The position numbers were made by a program, and so were the translations under genes. From Oscillospiraceae bacterium (GTDB lineage: Bacteria > Bacillota > Clostridia > Oscillospirales > Ruminococcaceae), in contig JAJQIF010000016.1 of the NCBI GenBank assembly GCA_021199355.1, positions 10,230 to 74,229 of the forward strand: 64,000 bases of DNA. Direction: 5' to 3'. Every line of letters begins with the position of its first letter. Position 1 is the stretch's first letter. Positions 1 through 9,396 of this stretch are shown here, piece by piece. The notes beneath the pieces are model-generated. The model made no database searches. It was not told where the DNA came from and saw only the letters and a program-made list of their open reading frames with translations.

Positions 1-6
1 AAGGAC

Positions 7-1719
7 ATGGCAAAGAGCATTTCTTCGCTCAAGTCAAGTCTCGTCGTGAGACTGTGTGCGCTTGTCATAGCTTCCCTTCTGTCGGCTTACATAACGATTG
101 CGACCGACATGGGCTTGACGCTCATCCCGATTCTTACTCAGGCTACGTCCTATGTATTCGCAAACGTTATAATCGGGCTTGTCGCCTGCTTCGTTTCCTA
201 CACCGTCATATCCGTCGGTCTCAAAAAGCTCTTCACGATGAAGGCGGACAGCGACAGTCTTGCCGCAATTTCGATGATACTAAGCCTTGTTTCGGGCGTG
301 GCGCTGTTGGCGGACACGGGAGTTGTCCAGATGAAGCTTGCCAACGTCTATATCAGCGTTTCAATCTTCGGACTTCTTGTGAACACGATCGGAAAGCTTC
401 TTATCGTCACGAGAACCGAGCGGAATTTCAGATATATTTCCGGCGGATATTCGAAATACGCCGCCATGCACATCGACGACGAGGACGTCGCAAGCAAGTT
501 CACAAAGGGCGCTCTCACAGACTTCCCCTCTCTTTCGACCTCGAGAAAGACCGAGTTCGTCACCGACTTCATCAAGAACAGCTATTCAGCCGACCTGACC
601 GACTCCTTCTGCAAGATATTCGTGCCGGTTGTGACTGTCATTTCGATTATCGTCGGAGTTATAACGGCGTTTGTCTATCCGGTTGAGATTACCGACACCG
701 CATCAAGGATTTACTATGCGCTCTCCTGCGCTGCAGGGACGATGGCGCTCTGCTCGGCTATGGGCATGATGCTCGTCACGAACATCCCACTCGCCAAGGG
801 CTCGAAGAAATATCTCCAGTCGTCGGCGGTAATGCTCGGCTATTCGGCGGTTGACAAGTTCGCCGACACCAATTCGGTACTCGTCGACGCCGTTGACCTC
901 TTCCCCGACGGAATGGTCGAGATTGTGAATATCAAGCCGGTCCGCAAGACCCCGATTGAAGACGGCATCCTCTATGCCGCTTCCCTCTGCTGTCAGACCG
1001 AGAGCATTCTAAGACCCGCATTTTACAAGACTATCAAGGGCAAGACCGAAATGCTCTATCCCGTCGAGAGCTATATCTACGAGGACGGCTTGGGGCTTTC
1101 CGGCTGGATTGAGAATCAGCGTGTGCTTTTCGGCAACAGAACCCTCATGGAGAGCCATTCCATCGAAGGGCTCCCGACCCTCGAAAAAGAGCAATCCTAT
1201 GCCAAGGGCGACAACATCGTTTATCTGTCGATTGGCGGGGCGCTTGCCATGATATATGTAGTGAAGCTCAAGGCTTCGCTGTCCGTTTCGAAGGCGCTTC
1301 GTGACCTCGACAAACAGCATATAACCGTTATCCTCCGCTCGGTCGATTCGCTCCTGAGCATCACCAAGCTTTCAGAGCTCTTCGGTGTCAAGCCGACAAT
1401 ATTCAAGCTCCTGCCGTTCAGATATCATTCGGATTACGATGCGCAGACGTCCTATGTCGCCTCAATGTCCTCGCCGATGATTTATTCGGGAAGATTTTCG
1501 TCGCTCGCGATGCTCCTTTGCGGCACCAAGAAGCTCCAGCGCTCGGCGGCGGTCGGCGTCACGATTCAGGCTCTTGCCTCGGTAATCGGCGTAATACTCG
1601 CCGTTATATTCGCAATAGTCGGCTCCTTCGGCGGAACCCTCACGGCAACGACGGTGCTTGTCTACAATCTCATCTGGACAGCGATAACCGCCGTGGTGCA
1701 ATCAATTTCAAGAACATAA
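7..1719 (+). CDS. Polytopic membrane protein with a degenerate P-type (P1B-like) ATPase core
   Basis: 570-aa ORF. TM-rich N- and C-terminal parts flank a soluble block shaped like P/N domains (GNRTLMESHSIEG...). DKTGT is replaced by DAVDL and the TGD(N) region by RSVDS. There is no stop between the window edge and the ATG at 7, so the start may lie upstream. Confidence 0.5.
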   Translation: MAKSISSLKSSLVVRLCALVIASLLSAYITIATDMGLTLIPILTQATSYVFANVIIGLVACFVSYTVISVGLKKLFTMKADSDSLAAISMILSLVSGVALLADTGVVQMKLANVYISVSIFGLLVNTIGKLLIVTRTERNFRYISGGYSKYAAMHIDDEDVASKFTKGALTDFPSLSTSRKTEFVTDFIKNSYSADLTDSFCKIFVPVVTVISIIVGVITAFVYPVEITDTASRIYYALSCAAGTMALCSAMGMMLVTNIPLAKGSKKYLQSSAVMLGYSAVDKFADTNSVLVDAVDLFPDGMVEIVNIKPVRKTPIEDGILYAASLCCQTESILRPAFYKTIKGKTEMLYPVESYIYEDGLGLSGWIENQRVLFGNRTLMESHSIEGLPTLEKEQSYAKGDNIVYLSIGGALAMIYVVKLKASLSVSKALRDLDKQHITVILRSVDSLLSITKLSELFGVKPTIFKLLPFRYHSDYDAQTSYVASMSSPMIYSGRFSSLAMLLCGTKKLQRSAAVGVTIQALASVIGVILAVIFAIVGSFGGTLTATTVLVYNLIWTAITAVVQSISRT

Positions 1720-1727
1720 ACCCTCAT

Positions 1728-1757
1728 CTGTCTCACATTTGTGGGACAGATTTTTTT
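1728..1757 (+). terminator. Rho-independent terminator after the ATPase-like gene
   Basis: CTGTCTCAC-ATTT-GTGGGACAG 9-bp stem (one G.U) followed by A+T7. Confidence 0.8.
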
Positions 1758-1916
1758 CGAAACCATGCAATAATTCAGGGGTCTAATCTGTATTAATAGT
1801 TGAAGAGCAAACAAGTTTGCCCTTCAACTACAAAAGAACGACTAAAATTGCCCTAATGGCAATTTTACGGACGGCGTCCGCCGTCGTTCTTTACATAATG
1901 AAAGGAGTTTTGAACC

Positions 1917-3281
1917 ATGAAAAGAATCTTATCCACAATATTAGCAATAACCATGCTTTTATCCCTCACCGCTTGCGGAGCAAGTGAAAACAACGAGCCC
2001 GAGGTGACTACGGAGGCTACTCTTGGGAGTGAAGACGCTTCGGTTACTACTTCGATAGCAGACGAAGCCGTGCCCGGCAGTGTTACTGTCGAGAAGGTGG
2101 ACATCGTCGCGGTGTTTGAGGGGGTTTACTCCTACACCGAGAGAAGCTTCGATACCAAGAGCTACGAATCAAACGGCGGAACCGGATATACCCTCGAAAA
2201 CGACCAGTATGTCGACATTTATGAGTATGACTCGGAGGAGGCTGCCGCACAAGCCGCTTCTCAGTTCGACGCCGGCGGAACCACCTTCTATGGCAGTGAC
2301 GGCACTGTGACCGAATATGAATATGTCTACCCCGTCCACTTCTGGCTGAACGGCTTGAGCATCGTCTTCTACTGCTCCGAAACGGGAGAGTTCCTGCAGG
2401 ACTTCAACGCCATTCTTGGGGAGGAATTTGCGGGTGCAGGAAGCGACTACTACAGACCCGCCTATGCAAACGAGCTGATTTATGCGCTCTGGGACGCAGG
2501 CTATAACGTCGACTATAAGACTTCCACCGGCACCGGTCAGGACTATCTCAAGGAGACCGTCAGTGAGTGCATGCTTGTCGTCTCGAACGGCGATGTTATC
2601 TATCTCTTCGAGTACGCCGACGAGTATGAGGCGCTGGACGAAGCCTCGAGATATTCGGCTAATGCAAGCTTCTACTCGGGCGACGACTTCACCATCGGAA
2701 TTGATTACGCCAGCCCGGTGCACCTCTTCGTGCTTGATAACGTGATTGTCCAGTACTGCTCAAGCACCGGCGAGCTTCTTGACACAATTTCCTCGGTCTA
2801 TGGCTACCAGTTTGCGGGCGTCGACTATGATTATGACGGCGAAAAGCCCTGGTATGCCACCGGCACAGTCGAGTTCGACTATTACACCGTCCCCGCCGCA
2901 AGCGACGGCGGATTGTCCGTCTTCCCGCAGTCGGTCGTCATCCGCTCGCAGTATGCGCTCGAGACGACCCACGACGTTCTTAACCTCGAGATTGCCGACA
3001 ACGTCGACACCACCTGGGAGCTTCTGACGGCGAAGTATACGGACGAGTGGTTCCAAAATAACGACCTGATTCTCGTCCTTCTCGAGGAGCCGAGCGGCAG
3101 TATCAACCCCTATGTTTCAGATGTCACAAGGGACGAGGACCGCAACTACACTGTCAGCATCAACGATGACAAGCCCGAAGCCTACACCGACGACATGGCG
3201 TATTGGTATGTCCTGGTCGAGATTAACGGGACAAAGGTCAACCCGCTGACGGGGGTGGAGGTTGTTTCGAGCAGGGGATGA
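1917..3281 (+). CDS. Secreted lipoprotein of unknown function with an internal domain duplication
   Basis: AAAGGAG SD. Signal peptide plus lipobox (LSLTAC|G). Two ~80-aa segments are clearly homologous (..YEYDSEEAAAQAASQFDAGGTTFYGSDG..VHFWLNGLSIVFYCSETGEFLQDF.. and ..FEYADEYEALDEASRYSANASFYSGDDF..VHLFVLDNVIVQYCSSTGELLDTI..). Confidence 0.7.
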   Translation: MKRILSTILAITMLLSLTACGASENNEPEVTTEATLGSEDASVTTSIADEAVPGSVTVEKVDIVAVFEGVYSYTERSFDTKSYESNGGTGYTLENDQYVDIYEYDSEEAAAQAASQFDAGGTTFYGSDGTVTEYEYVYPVHFWLNGLSIVFYCSETGEFLQDFNAILGEEFAGAGSDYYRPAYANELIYALWDAGYNVDYKTSTGTGQDYLKETVSECMLVVSNGDVIYLFEYADEYEALDEASRYSANASFYSGDDFTIGIDYASPVHLFVLDNVIVQYCSSTGELLDTISSVYGYQFAGVDYDYDGEKPWYATGTVEFDYYTVPAASDGGLSVFPQSVVIRSQYALETTHDVLNLEIADNVDTTWELLTAKYTDEWFQNNDLILVLLEEPSGSINPYVSDVTRDEDRNYTVSINDDKPEAYTDDMAYWYVLVEINGTKVNPLTGVEVVSSRG

Positions 3282-3374
3282 GCCTTAAACGGCTCCTCCC
3301 TTTGAATACCCCGTTGACTTTTTGCCAAAACTCGTATATAATATAGTAACGTTCTTTAGTGAGGAGGCGGGCGG

Positions 3375-3842
3375 ATGGCTAAATCTCAGGGTGAGCGGAT
3401 TATTGCCGAGAATCGGCAGGCGCGGCACGAATACTTTGTTTTGGATACTTTGGAAGCCGGCATCGAATTGGTCGGCACCGAGGTCAAGTCCATTCGCTTG
3501 GGCGGCGTGAACCTCAAGGACAGCTGGTGCGAAATCCGGGACGGCGAGATTTTTGCCGTCGGCGTGCACATCAGCCCCTATGAAAAGGGCAACATCTATA
3601 ACCGCGACCCGCGGCGCGACCGCAGGCTCCTCATCCACAAATCGGAGATAAGACGGCTTTACGACAAGGTCCGGCAGGAGGGACTGACGATTGTCCCCCT
3701 CAAGCTCTACTACAGCGGCTCGAGGGTCAAGATGCAAATCGGGCTCTGCAAGGGCAAAAAGCTCTATGACAAGCGCGACGACATGGCTCGCCGCCAGACC
3801 GAGCGGGACATTGAGCGAGTCCTCAAAGAACGCAACCAATAA
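3375..3842 (+). CDS. smpB: SsrA-binding protein SmpB
   Basis: 155 aa with the typical SmpB sequence (ENRQARHEYF..GTEVKSIR..LLIHKSEI..KGKKLYDKR). tmRNA lies immediately downstream. Confidence 0.95.
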   Translation: MAKSQGERIIAENRQARHEYFVLDTLEAGIELVGTEVKSIRLGGVNLKDSWCEIRDGEIFAVGVHISPYEKGNIYNRDPRRDRRLLIHKSEIRRLYDKVRQEGLTIVPLKLYYSGSRVKMQIGLCKGKKLYDKRDDMARRQTERDIERVLKERNQ

Positions 3843-3844
3843 CC

Positions 3845-4195
3845 GGGGGCGTAAAGGTTTCGACGGGGATTCCGAAGGCGAATAAGCGAGTAGAGAACGC
3901 ACTGATCTCTTTAACCTGTGCAAACCTAAATTTTAAACGACAATAATAGTTTAGAATTGGCTGCTGCCTAATAGCGGCCCGTCCTGCCGATGAGTACTGC
4001 GGCATCGGTCTGGGCGTCGATTAGCAGTGAACGTTCTGCGGTAACTCCGGTAGCCGCAGGATGAATTACCGGATACCGAAGTCACAAGCCTGCTTACCGG
4101 CGTGAGATTTCGGAAATCCAAAAGATAAGCTACACTCGTAGAAAGTTCTCCCAAAGAGTTTTCGGACATGGGTTCGATTCCCATCGCCTCCACCA
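3845..4195 (+). ncRNA. ssrA: tmRNA (SsrA)
   Basis: 5' GGGGGCG pairs with 3' CGCCTCC, followed by ACCA. T-arm GGGTTCGATTCCC. Internal tag frame ..AAC GAC AAT AAT AGT TTA GAA TTG GCT GCT GCC TAA TAG (..NDNNSLELAAA**) at about 3936-3974. Confidence 0.92.
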
Positions 4196-4248
4196 AAATC
4201 TGAGAAAGTCCCCATTCGGGAATTTTTTCAAATAGGAGCTTAAGACAA

Positions 4249-4758
4249 ATGCCATTTCCTAACATAGACCAACCCGAAACAATCGAAATCGAGCCGGGAC
4301 TACGACTCAAGAAGTTTGATTGGAATATCGACAAGATGCTTGAGGGCTACCACGACCCGGTGGTCTATCAGAACTCCGAGGGGATTTTCGACGAAGACAA
4401 GATTCCCGATTCCGATTACATAGAAAGAATGTGCCGCTATCTTGATGGTGTCGGCGAGCTTTACTTTATTCAGGTGCTTGAAAACGGCGAATATACTTCT
4501 GTCGGAGATGTCACCGTGAAGCCCGAGAACCCGCCGATTGCAATCTGGGAGGAGAAATATCGCGGCGCCGGCATCGGCGCAAAGGTGATGAAGACGGTCA
4601 TCAGCCGCCTGTCAGCCTTAGGCTACAAGAAAATCACCGGAAGTACCGTCTACAAGTGGAACGTGGCATCACAGAAAATGCACGAGCGACTGGGTTTCAT
4701 CCGTACAGGAGAGACGGATAGGGATTATATTTATGAGTATACAATAAAGGAAGCCTGA
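4249..4758 (+). CDS. GNAT family N-acetyltransferase
   Basis: AGGAG SD. Acetyl-CoA motif region RGAGIGAKVMKTVISRLSALGYKKI...MHERLGF. Confidence 0.8.
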   Translation: MPFPNIDQPETIEIEPGLRLKKFDWNIDKMLEGYHDPVVYQNSEGIFDEDKIPDSDYIERMCRYLDGVGELYFIQVLENGEYTSVGDVTVKPENPPIAIWEEKYRGAGIGAKVMKTVISRLSALGYKKITGSTVYKWNVASQKMHERLGFIRTGETDRDYIYEYTIKEA

Positions 4759-4833
4759 AAATGCCCCAAGAAAATGCAAAAGCAGAACTTTTCGAGCGCA
4801 CGCCGATACCGAAAGCGGTGCTGAGAAGATTGA

Positions 4834-4871
4834 TAAAAAAAGCGGAAGCTACTGTGTAACTTCCGCTTTTG
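4834..4871. terminator. Bidirectional terminator hairpin (GNAT side / aspS side)
   Basis: A7-AGCGGAAG...CTTCCGCT-TTT between convergent genes. Confidence 0.65.
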
Positions 4872-4873
4872 TG

Positions 4874-6643
4874 TTATTCTACTATCTTGAGTCCCAGCTC
4901 CTTGAGCTGTTCCTCGTCGACCTCGGTCGGGCAGTTGCTCATGAGTTCGCTGGCGTTCTGAACCTTCGGGAAGGCTACGACATCTCTTAAGCTATCTGCG
5001 TCGCAGAGAAGCATCGCGAGGCGGTCAAGACCCATGCCGAGTCCTCCGTGCGGCGGTGCACCGTATTTGTAGGCGTCAACGAGGAAGCCGAACTTTGCCG
5101 AGATTTCCTCGTCGGTCATGCCGAGGGCTCTGAACATGTGCTCCTGAAGCTCACGGTCGGTGATTCTCATCGAGCCGGAGCAGAGCTCAACGCCGTTCAA
5201 GACGAGGTCATAGCACTTCGCCCTGACGTTTGCGGGATCTGAATCGAGATAAGGAAGGCACTCGTCAAGAGGCATCGTGAACGGGTGGTGCATGGCGTCC
5301 CAGTGCCCCGTTTCGTCGTTATACTCGAAGAAGGGCATCTCGACAATCCACAATAGATTGTACTTGTCCTTCGGGATGATGTCGAGCTTCTTGGCGCAGA
5401 TGAGACGCAATGCTCCCAAAGTCGGGAGAACAACTTTGTCCTTGTCGGCGACGATGAGGACAACATCGCCCTTTTCGGCACCGAGTGTCGAGAGGATCGC
5501 GTCGAGCTCACCTTCTTTAAGGAACTTCGCAAACGAGCAGTTCGGGGCGTCCTCGACCCATCTTATATAGGCAAGCCCCTTGGCGCCGATTCCCTTGGCG
5601 TGCTCCGTGAGCTTGTCGATTTCTTTTCTTGTGTAAACGCCTGCGCCGTTCTTAACGACAATCGCCCTGACGGAACCGCCCATCTCAAGAGCCGACTTGA
5701 AAACGGGGAATTCGCAGTCCTTGACGGTTTCGGAGAGGTCCTGAATCTCCATTCCAAAGCGGGTGTCCGGCTTGTCGGAGCCGTAGCGGTTCATGGCGTC
5801 CTTATAGGAAAGCCTCGGAAGCGGGGTCTCGATGTCGACGCCCTTTATCTCCTTGAAGAGCCTCTTCATGAAGCCCTCGGTGATTTCGAGAATGTCGTCG
5901 ACGTCTACAAACGACATCTCAAGGTCAATCTGGGTAAATTCCGGCTGTCTGTCGGCGCGGAGGTCCTCGTCTCTGAAGCATCTTGCGAGCTGGATGTATC
6001 TGTCGAGACCCGCAATCATAAGAAGCTGCTTATAAATCTGCGGCGACTGCGGAAGGGCATAGAACGAACCCTTATGAACTCTTGAGGGAACGAGATAGTC
6101 ACGGGCGCCCTCGGGAGTGGATCTAATCATCATCGGGGTTTCAATCTCGACGAAGCCGTTCTCATAGAAGTACTCTCTCGCAATTTTCGCAATTTCATGG
6201 CGGGTAATCAGGTTGCGGGTGAGCTTTTCGCTTCTCAAATCCAAATAGCGATACTTGAGCTTCAGCTCGTCGTTGACCTTATCGGAATTGGAGACCTCGA
6301 AAGGCGGTGTCTGAGCCTTCGAAAGGAGCTTGAGCTCGCTTACTCTTATCTCATAAGCGCCGGTTTTTATCTCTTTATTTATACTCTCCCTCGGAGTGAC
6401 GGTTCCCTTCGCCATAACGACGTACTCGTTACGAAGGGTTTCAGCCTTCTCGAAAACGTCCCTCGGAGTGTCGTCGCCGAAAGCGAGCTGAACGAGACCT
6501 GTGCGGTCTCTGAGGTCAATAAAGATAAGATTTCCTAAGTTTCTTACTCTCTGAACGAACCCGCCGACAACGACCTCCGTTCCGCCCTCGAGCGGAATTT
6601 CGGCGCAATAGTGGGTTCTACGCATATTTCCCATGGTGTCCAT
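4874..6643 (-). CDS. aspS: Aspartate--tRNA ligase
   Basis: 589 aa, class II aaRS bacterial AspRS sequence (FIDLRDRTG..., QSPQIYKQLLM, FRDEDLRADRQPEFTQ.D.E, GGLGMGLDRL). Confidence 0.95.
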   Translation of the reverse strand: MDTMGNMRRTHYCAEIPLEGGTEVVVGGFVQRVRNLGNLIFIDLRDRTGLVQLAFGDDTPRDVFEKAETLRNEYVVMAKGTVTPRESINKEIKTGAYEIRVSELKLLSKAQTPPFEVSNSDKVNDELKLKYRYLDLRSEKLTRNLITRHEIAKIAREYFYENGFVEIETPMMIRSTPEGARDYLVPSRVHKGSFYALPQSPQIYKQLLMIAGLDRYIQLARCFRDEDLRADRQPEFTQIDLEMSFVDVDDILEITEGFMKRLFKEIKGVDIETPLPRLSYKDAMNRYGSDKPDTRFGMEIQDLSETVKDCEFPVFKSALEMGGSVRAIVVKNGAGVYTRKEIDKLTEHAKGIGAKGLAYIRWVEDAPNCSFAKFLKEGELDAILSTLGAEKGDVVLIVADKDKVVLPTLGALRLICAKKLDIIPKDKYNLLWIVEMPFFEYNDETGHWDAMHHPFTMPLDECLPYLDSDPANVRAKCYDLVLNGVELCSGSMRITDRELQEHMFRALGMTDEEISAKFGFLVDAYKYGAPPHGGLGMGLDRLAMLLCDADSLRDVVAFPKVQNASELMSNCPTEVDEEQLKELGLKIVE

Positions 6644-6646
6644 AAA

Positions 6647-7948
6647 TTATCCCTCAATTCCTTCTAATTCAAACATATCGTTGAGCAACGTCGGCACGAA
6701 GCCGGTCTTGAAATCGTTAAGATTTACCGGAGTTTCGTCACCGGTTCTCATATTCTTGAGCTTCGCCTGTCCCGATTCGATTTCGTTGTCTCCGAGGACG
6801 CAGACGAACTTGGCACCGACTTTATTGGCGTATCTCATCTGGGGCTTCAAGCCTCTGCCGACTATGTCGAACTCGGCGGAGTAGCCCTCGGTTCTTAATT
6901 CCTGACAAAGCTTCGACGCCACTGAGTAAGCGTTCTCGCCCATCGGGGCGAAGTAGATGTCGGGGGTGTTCGGGTCGAGGAACTCGACGCCCTCGCCCTC
7001 CATCGTCATGATAAGGCGCTCGAGACCCATGCCGAATCCGAGTGCCGGTGTCGGCTGTCCTCCGAGTGAACTTACAAGCCCATCGTAACGACCGCCGCCG
7101 CAGACGGTTCCCTGCGCGCCGATTCCGTCATAGACGAACTCGAAAACGGTCTTGGTGTAGTAGTCGAGACCTCTTACAATCTTCGGGTTGACGACGTATT
7201 CTACTTTATAGGAGTCTAAAATTGCCTGAAGCTTTTCGAAGTGCTCGCGACATTCGTCACAGAGATAATCAAGTATCACGGGCGCATCCTTTGCAATCTC
7301 GGAGCACTTAGGGACCTTGCAATCAAGGAGCCTCATAGGGTTCTTGTCAAGTCTTTCAAGGCAGGTCTCGCAGAGGTCTTCCTTCCTCTTCGAGAAGTAC
7401 TCAACAAGCGCCTCCTGATACTTCTTTCTGCACTCGGGACAACCGATTGAGTTTATATTGAGCTTAACGCTGTCGATTCCGCAGGTCGAAAGAACCTCAC
7501 GAGCAAGCATAATGACGTCGGCGTCCGCATATGGTGAAGAGGTACCGAACATCTCAACGCCGAACTGGTGGAATTCTCTTAATCTTCCCGCCTGAGGCTT
7601 CTCGTGACGGAAGCAGGGAGTGATATAGTAAACCTTCTGCGGGAAGCCCTCGTTCATGAGTCCGTTTTCGAGCATAGCCCGGACGACTCCGGCGGTTCCC
7701 TCCGGCTTAAGTGTGAAGGTGTGCTCGCCCTTTGAGGAGACGGTGTACATCTCTTTTGTGACGACGTCCGATGTATCTCCGACCGAACGGACGAAGAGCC
7801 CCGTTTCTTCGAATGCGGGGGTTCTTATCTCCTTGAAGCCGAAGCGCTCGGCAGAATCTCTTGCCGCCTGCTCGACCGTTCGCCACTTGTTCGATTCCGA
7901 AGGCACCATGTCCTGGGTTCCCTTCGGTCTTTGCACGGAAAGTGCCAT
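6647..7948 (-). CDS. hisS: Histidine--tRNA ligase
   Basis: 433 aa with HisRS motifs (RPKGTQD, YYITPCFRHEKPQAGRLREFHQ.GVE, GGGRYDGL). 3-nt gap to aspS, so they form an operon. Confidence 0.95.
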   Translation of the reverse strand: MALSVQRPKGTQDMVPSESNKWRTVEQAARDSAERFGFKEIRTPAFEETGLFVRSVGDTSDVVTKEMYTVSSKGEHTFTLKPEGTAGVVRAMLENGLMNEGFPQKVYYITPCFRHEKPQAGRLREFHQFGVEMFGTSSPYADADVIMLAREVLSTCGIDSVKLNINSIGCPECRKKYQEALVEYFSKRKEDLCETCLERLDKNPMRLLDCKVPKCSEIAKDAPVILDYLCDECREHFEKLQAILDSYKVEYVVNPKIVRGLDYYTKTVFEFVYDGIGAQGTVCGGGRYDGLVSSLGGQPTPALGFGMGLERLIMTMEGEGVEFLDPNTPDIYFAPMGENAYSVASKLCQELRTEGYSAEFDIVGRGLKPQMRYANKVGAKFVCVLGDNEIESGQAKLKNMRTGDETPVNLNDFKTGFVPTLLNDMFELEGIEG

Positions 7949-7968
7949 AAATTTTCCTCCTTAGTTTC

Positions 7969-8008
7969 AAAAAAAGACGGCGACGCCCCAGTAGGGACGA
8001 CTGCCGCC
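7969..8008 (-). terminator. Rho-independent terminator after mgsA, upstream of hisS
   Basis: Minus strand GGCGGC[AGT]CGTCCC-TACT-GGGGCG[TC]GCCGTC followed by T7. Confidence 0.7.
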
Positions 8009-8036
8009 GTAATACACCCTATTCCCCGGGCTTATA

Positions 8037-8426
8037 TCAAGGGATTCTGTAGTCCAGATCTCCTCTGTCAAGAGCCATGATCAAAGCATCGGCTGTTGCA
8101 ATATTCGTCGCCACGGGAATGTTATATACATCGCAGAGCCTCAGAATATCTCTTTCGTCGGGCTCGCTTGTCTTTCGGTTAATGGGGTCTCTGAAGAACA
8201 GAAGCAGGTCGATTTCGTTGCAGGAAATCTTTGCGCTGATCTGTTGGCAACCGCCCTGAGAACCGGCAAGGTATTTTTCAATCTTAAGTCCTGTTGCTTC
8301 GGCGACTTGTTTCCCGGTGGTACCGGTTGCACAGAGGTTGTGTTTTCCCAAAATTCCACTGTATGCAGTACAGAACTGAATCATGAGTTCTTTTTTGGCG
8401 TCGTGAGCTATGAGAGCGATATTCAT
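8037..8426 (-). CDS. mgsA: Methylglyoxal synthase
   Basis: 129 aa; IALIAHDAKK...ATGTTG...GGCQQI...FFRDP matches the MgsA signature. Confidence 0.9.
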   Translation of the reverse strand: MNIALIAHDAKKELMIQFCTAYSGILGKHNLCATGTTGKQVAEATGLKIEKYLAGSQGGCQQISAKISCNEIDLLLFFRDPINRKTSEPDERDILRLCDVYNIPVATNIATADALIMALDRGDLDYRIP

Positions 8427-8579
8427 AGGCTACCCCCTTTAAGATATTACGGCATAAACCGCTTCTTATAGCATATCACATTATGCCCAAAAAGTCAATC
8501 ACTTTCGACGTAATATTTGGGTTAAATTATTGCACCTGATTTTCAAGGGACAGTCTAAAAAGATTAAATATTCGGCTTT

Positions 8580-9050
8580 TTATCCGCTTACGCCAAGGTC
8601 TTCGCCCGAGTCAATCCCGAACATAGCCTCAAATTCGTCGCGGTCGATGCCGTCCTCCCAAAGGATTTCAACCTCTTCCTCATCCTCGTCGACGGTGGTC
8701 GTTATAGCCGCAGTGGTTGTGGCTTCGGTTGTCGTCGTTGCCTTGGTGGTAGTGGTCGCCTCGGTGGTGGTAGCGGCTGTTGTGGTCGCCTCAGTAGTGG
8801 CTTCGGTGGTTGTCGTAGTTGCCTCGGTCTCGGATTCGGGAACGGTCGTAACCGCAGGGTCCTCGGTTGTGACCTCCGTCTCTTCCGGCAATACCTCCGT
8901 CACGTCCTCCGTTGCAACCGTTACCGGCAACTCGGCAGGCGTAATATCCTCGGAAACGTCGCCGGTGGATACGGCATCCCCGTCCCCACCGCAAGCGGTG
9001 AGCATTATTGCAGTCATCAGAGCTAAAATAATAAGTAGTGCTTTTTTCAT
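8580..9050 (-). CDS. Thr/Glu-rich low-complexity lipoprotein
   Basis: Signal peptide plus lipobox (IMLTAC|GG), followed by TTTEATT-type repeats. The + strand 'VVVA' ORF is its shadow. Confidence 0.6.
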   Translation of the reverse strand: MKKALLIILALMTAIMLTACGGDGDAVSTGDVSEDITPAELPVTVATEDVTEVLPEETEVTTEDPAVTTVPESETEATTTTTEATTEATTTAATTTEATTTTKATTTTEATTTAAITTTVDEDEEEVEILWEDGIDRDEFEAMFGIDSGEDLGVSG

Positions 9051-9091
9051 AATTTCACTCCGGTATATTTGATTTCCTTTTCAGGAATACT

Positions 9092-9134
9092 ATTAAAACA
9101 TAACGCGCCCCGCTTTGGGTTTTAAGCGGAGCGC
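9092..9134 (-). terminator. rpsT terminator
   Basis: Minus strand GCGCTCCGCTT...AAGCGGGGCGC followed by a U-rich tail. Confidence 0.6.
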
Positions 9135-9150
9135 AATCAAAGCGTCTTTA

Positions 9151-9396
9151 TCAGCCGTTAAGCTTCTTGGCGAGCTGAGACTTCTTTCTTGCCGCCTTGT
9201 TCTTGTGGATGATTCCCTTTGCGGCTGCCTGATCAACCTTCTTGGTTGCAACCTTTACAGCGGCGACCTTTTCCTCGCCCTCAGTAGCGTCAACCTTCTT
9301 GATAGCAGTCTTGAGCGCGCTCTTAGTAGCCTTGTTCTGAGCCGCCTTCTTCTCGTTGACGAGAACTCTCTTCTTGGCAGACTTAATATTTGCCAT
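9151..9396 (-). CDS. rpsT: 30S ribosomal protein S20
   Basis: 81 aa, [10 protein letters not shown]... S20 signature; AAGGAGGTG SD. Confidence 0.95.
   Translation of the reverse strand: MANIKSAKKRVLVNEKKAAQNKATKSALKTAIKKVDATEGEEKVAAVKVATKKVDQAAAKGIIHKNKAARKKSQLAKKLNG

Noticed and set aside
7949-8036. T-box leader upstream of hisS-aspS.
   Set aside because: Only 88 nt separate mgsA from hisS. That space is filled by a terminator hairpin plus the SD, which is too short for a T-box, and no T-box sequence is recognisable.
8530-9072. 180-aa '+' ORF rich in V/A/S, and the possibility that the periodic DNA here is a CRISPR or satellite array.
   Set aside because: It is the reverse-strand shadow of the Thr/Glu-rich lipoprotein. 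The repeats are imperfect codon-level repeats with no spacers.
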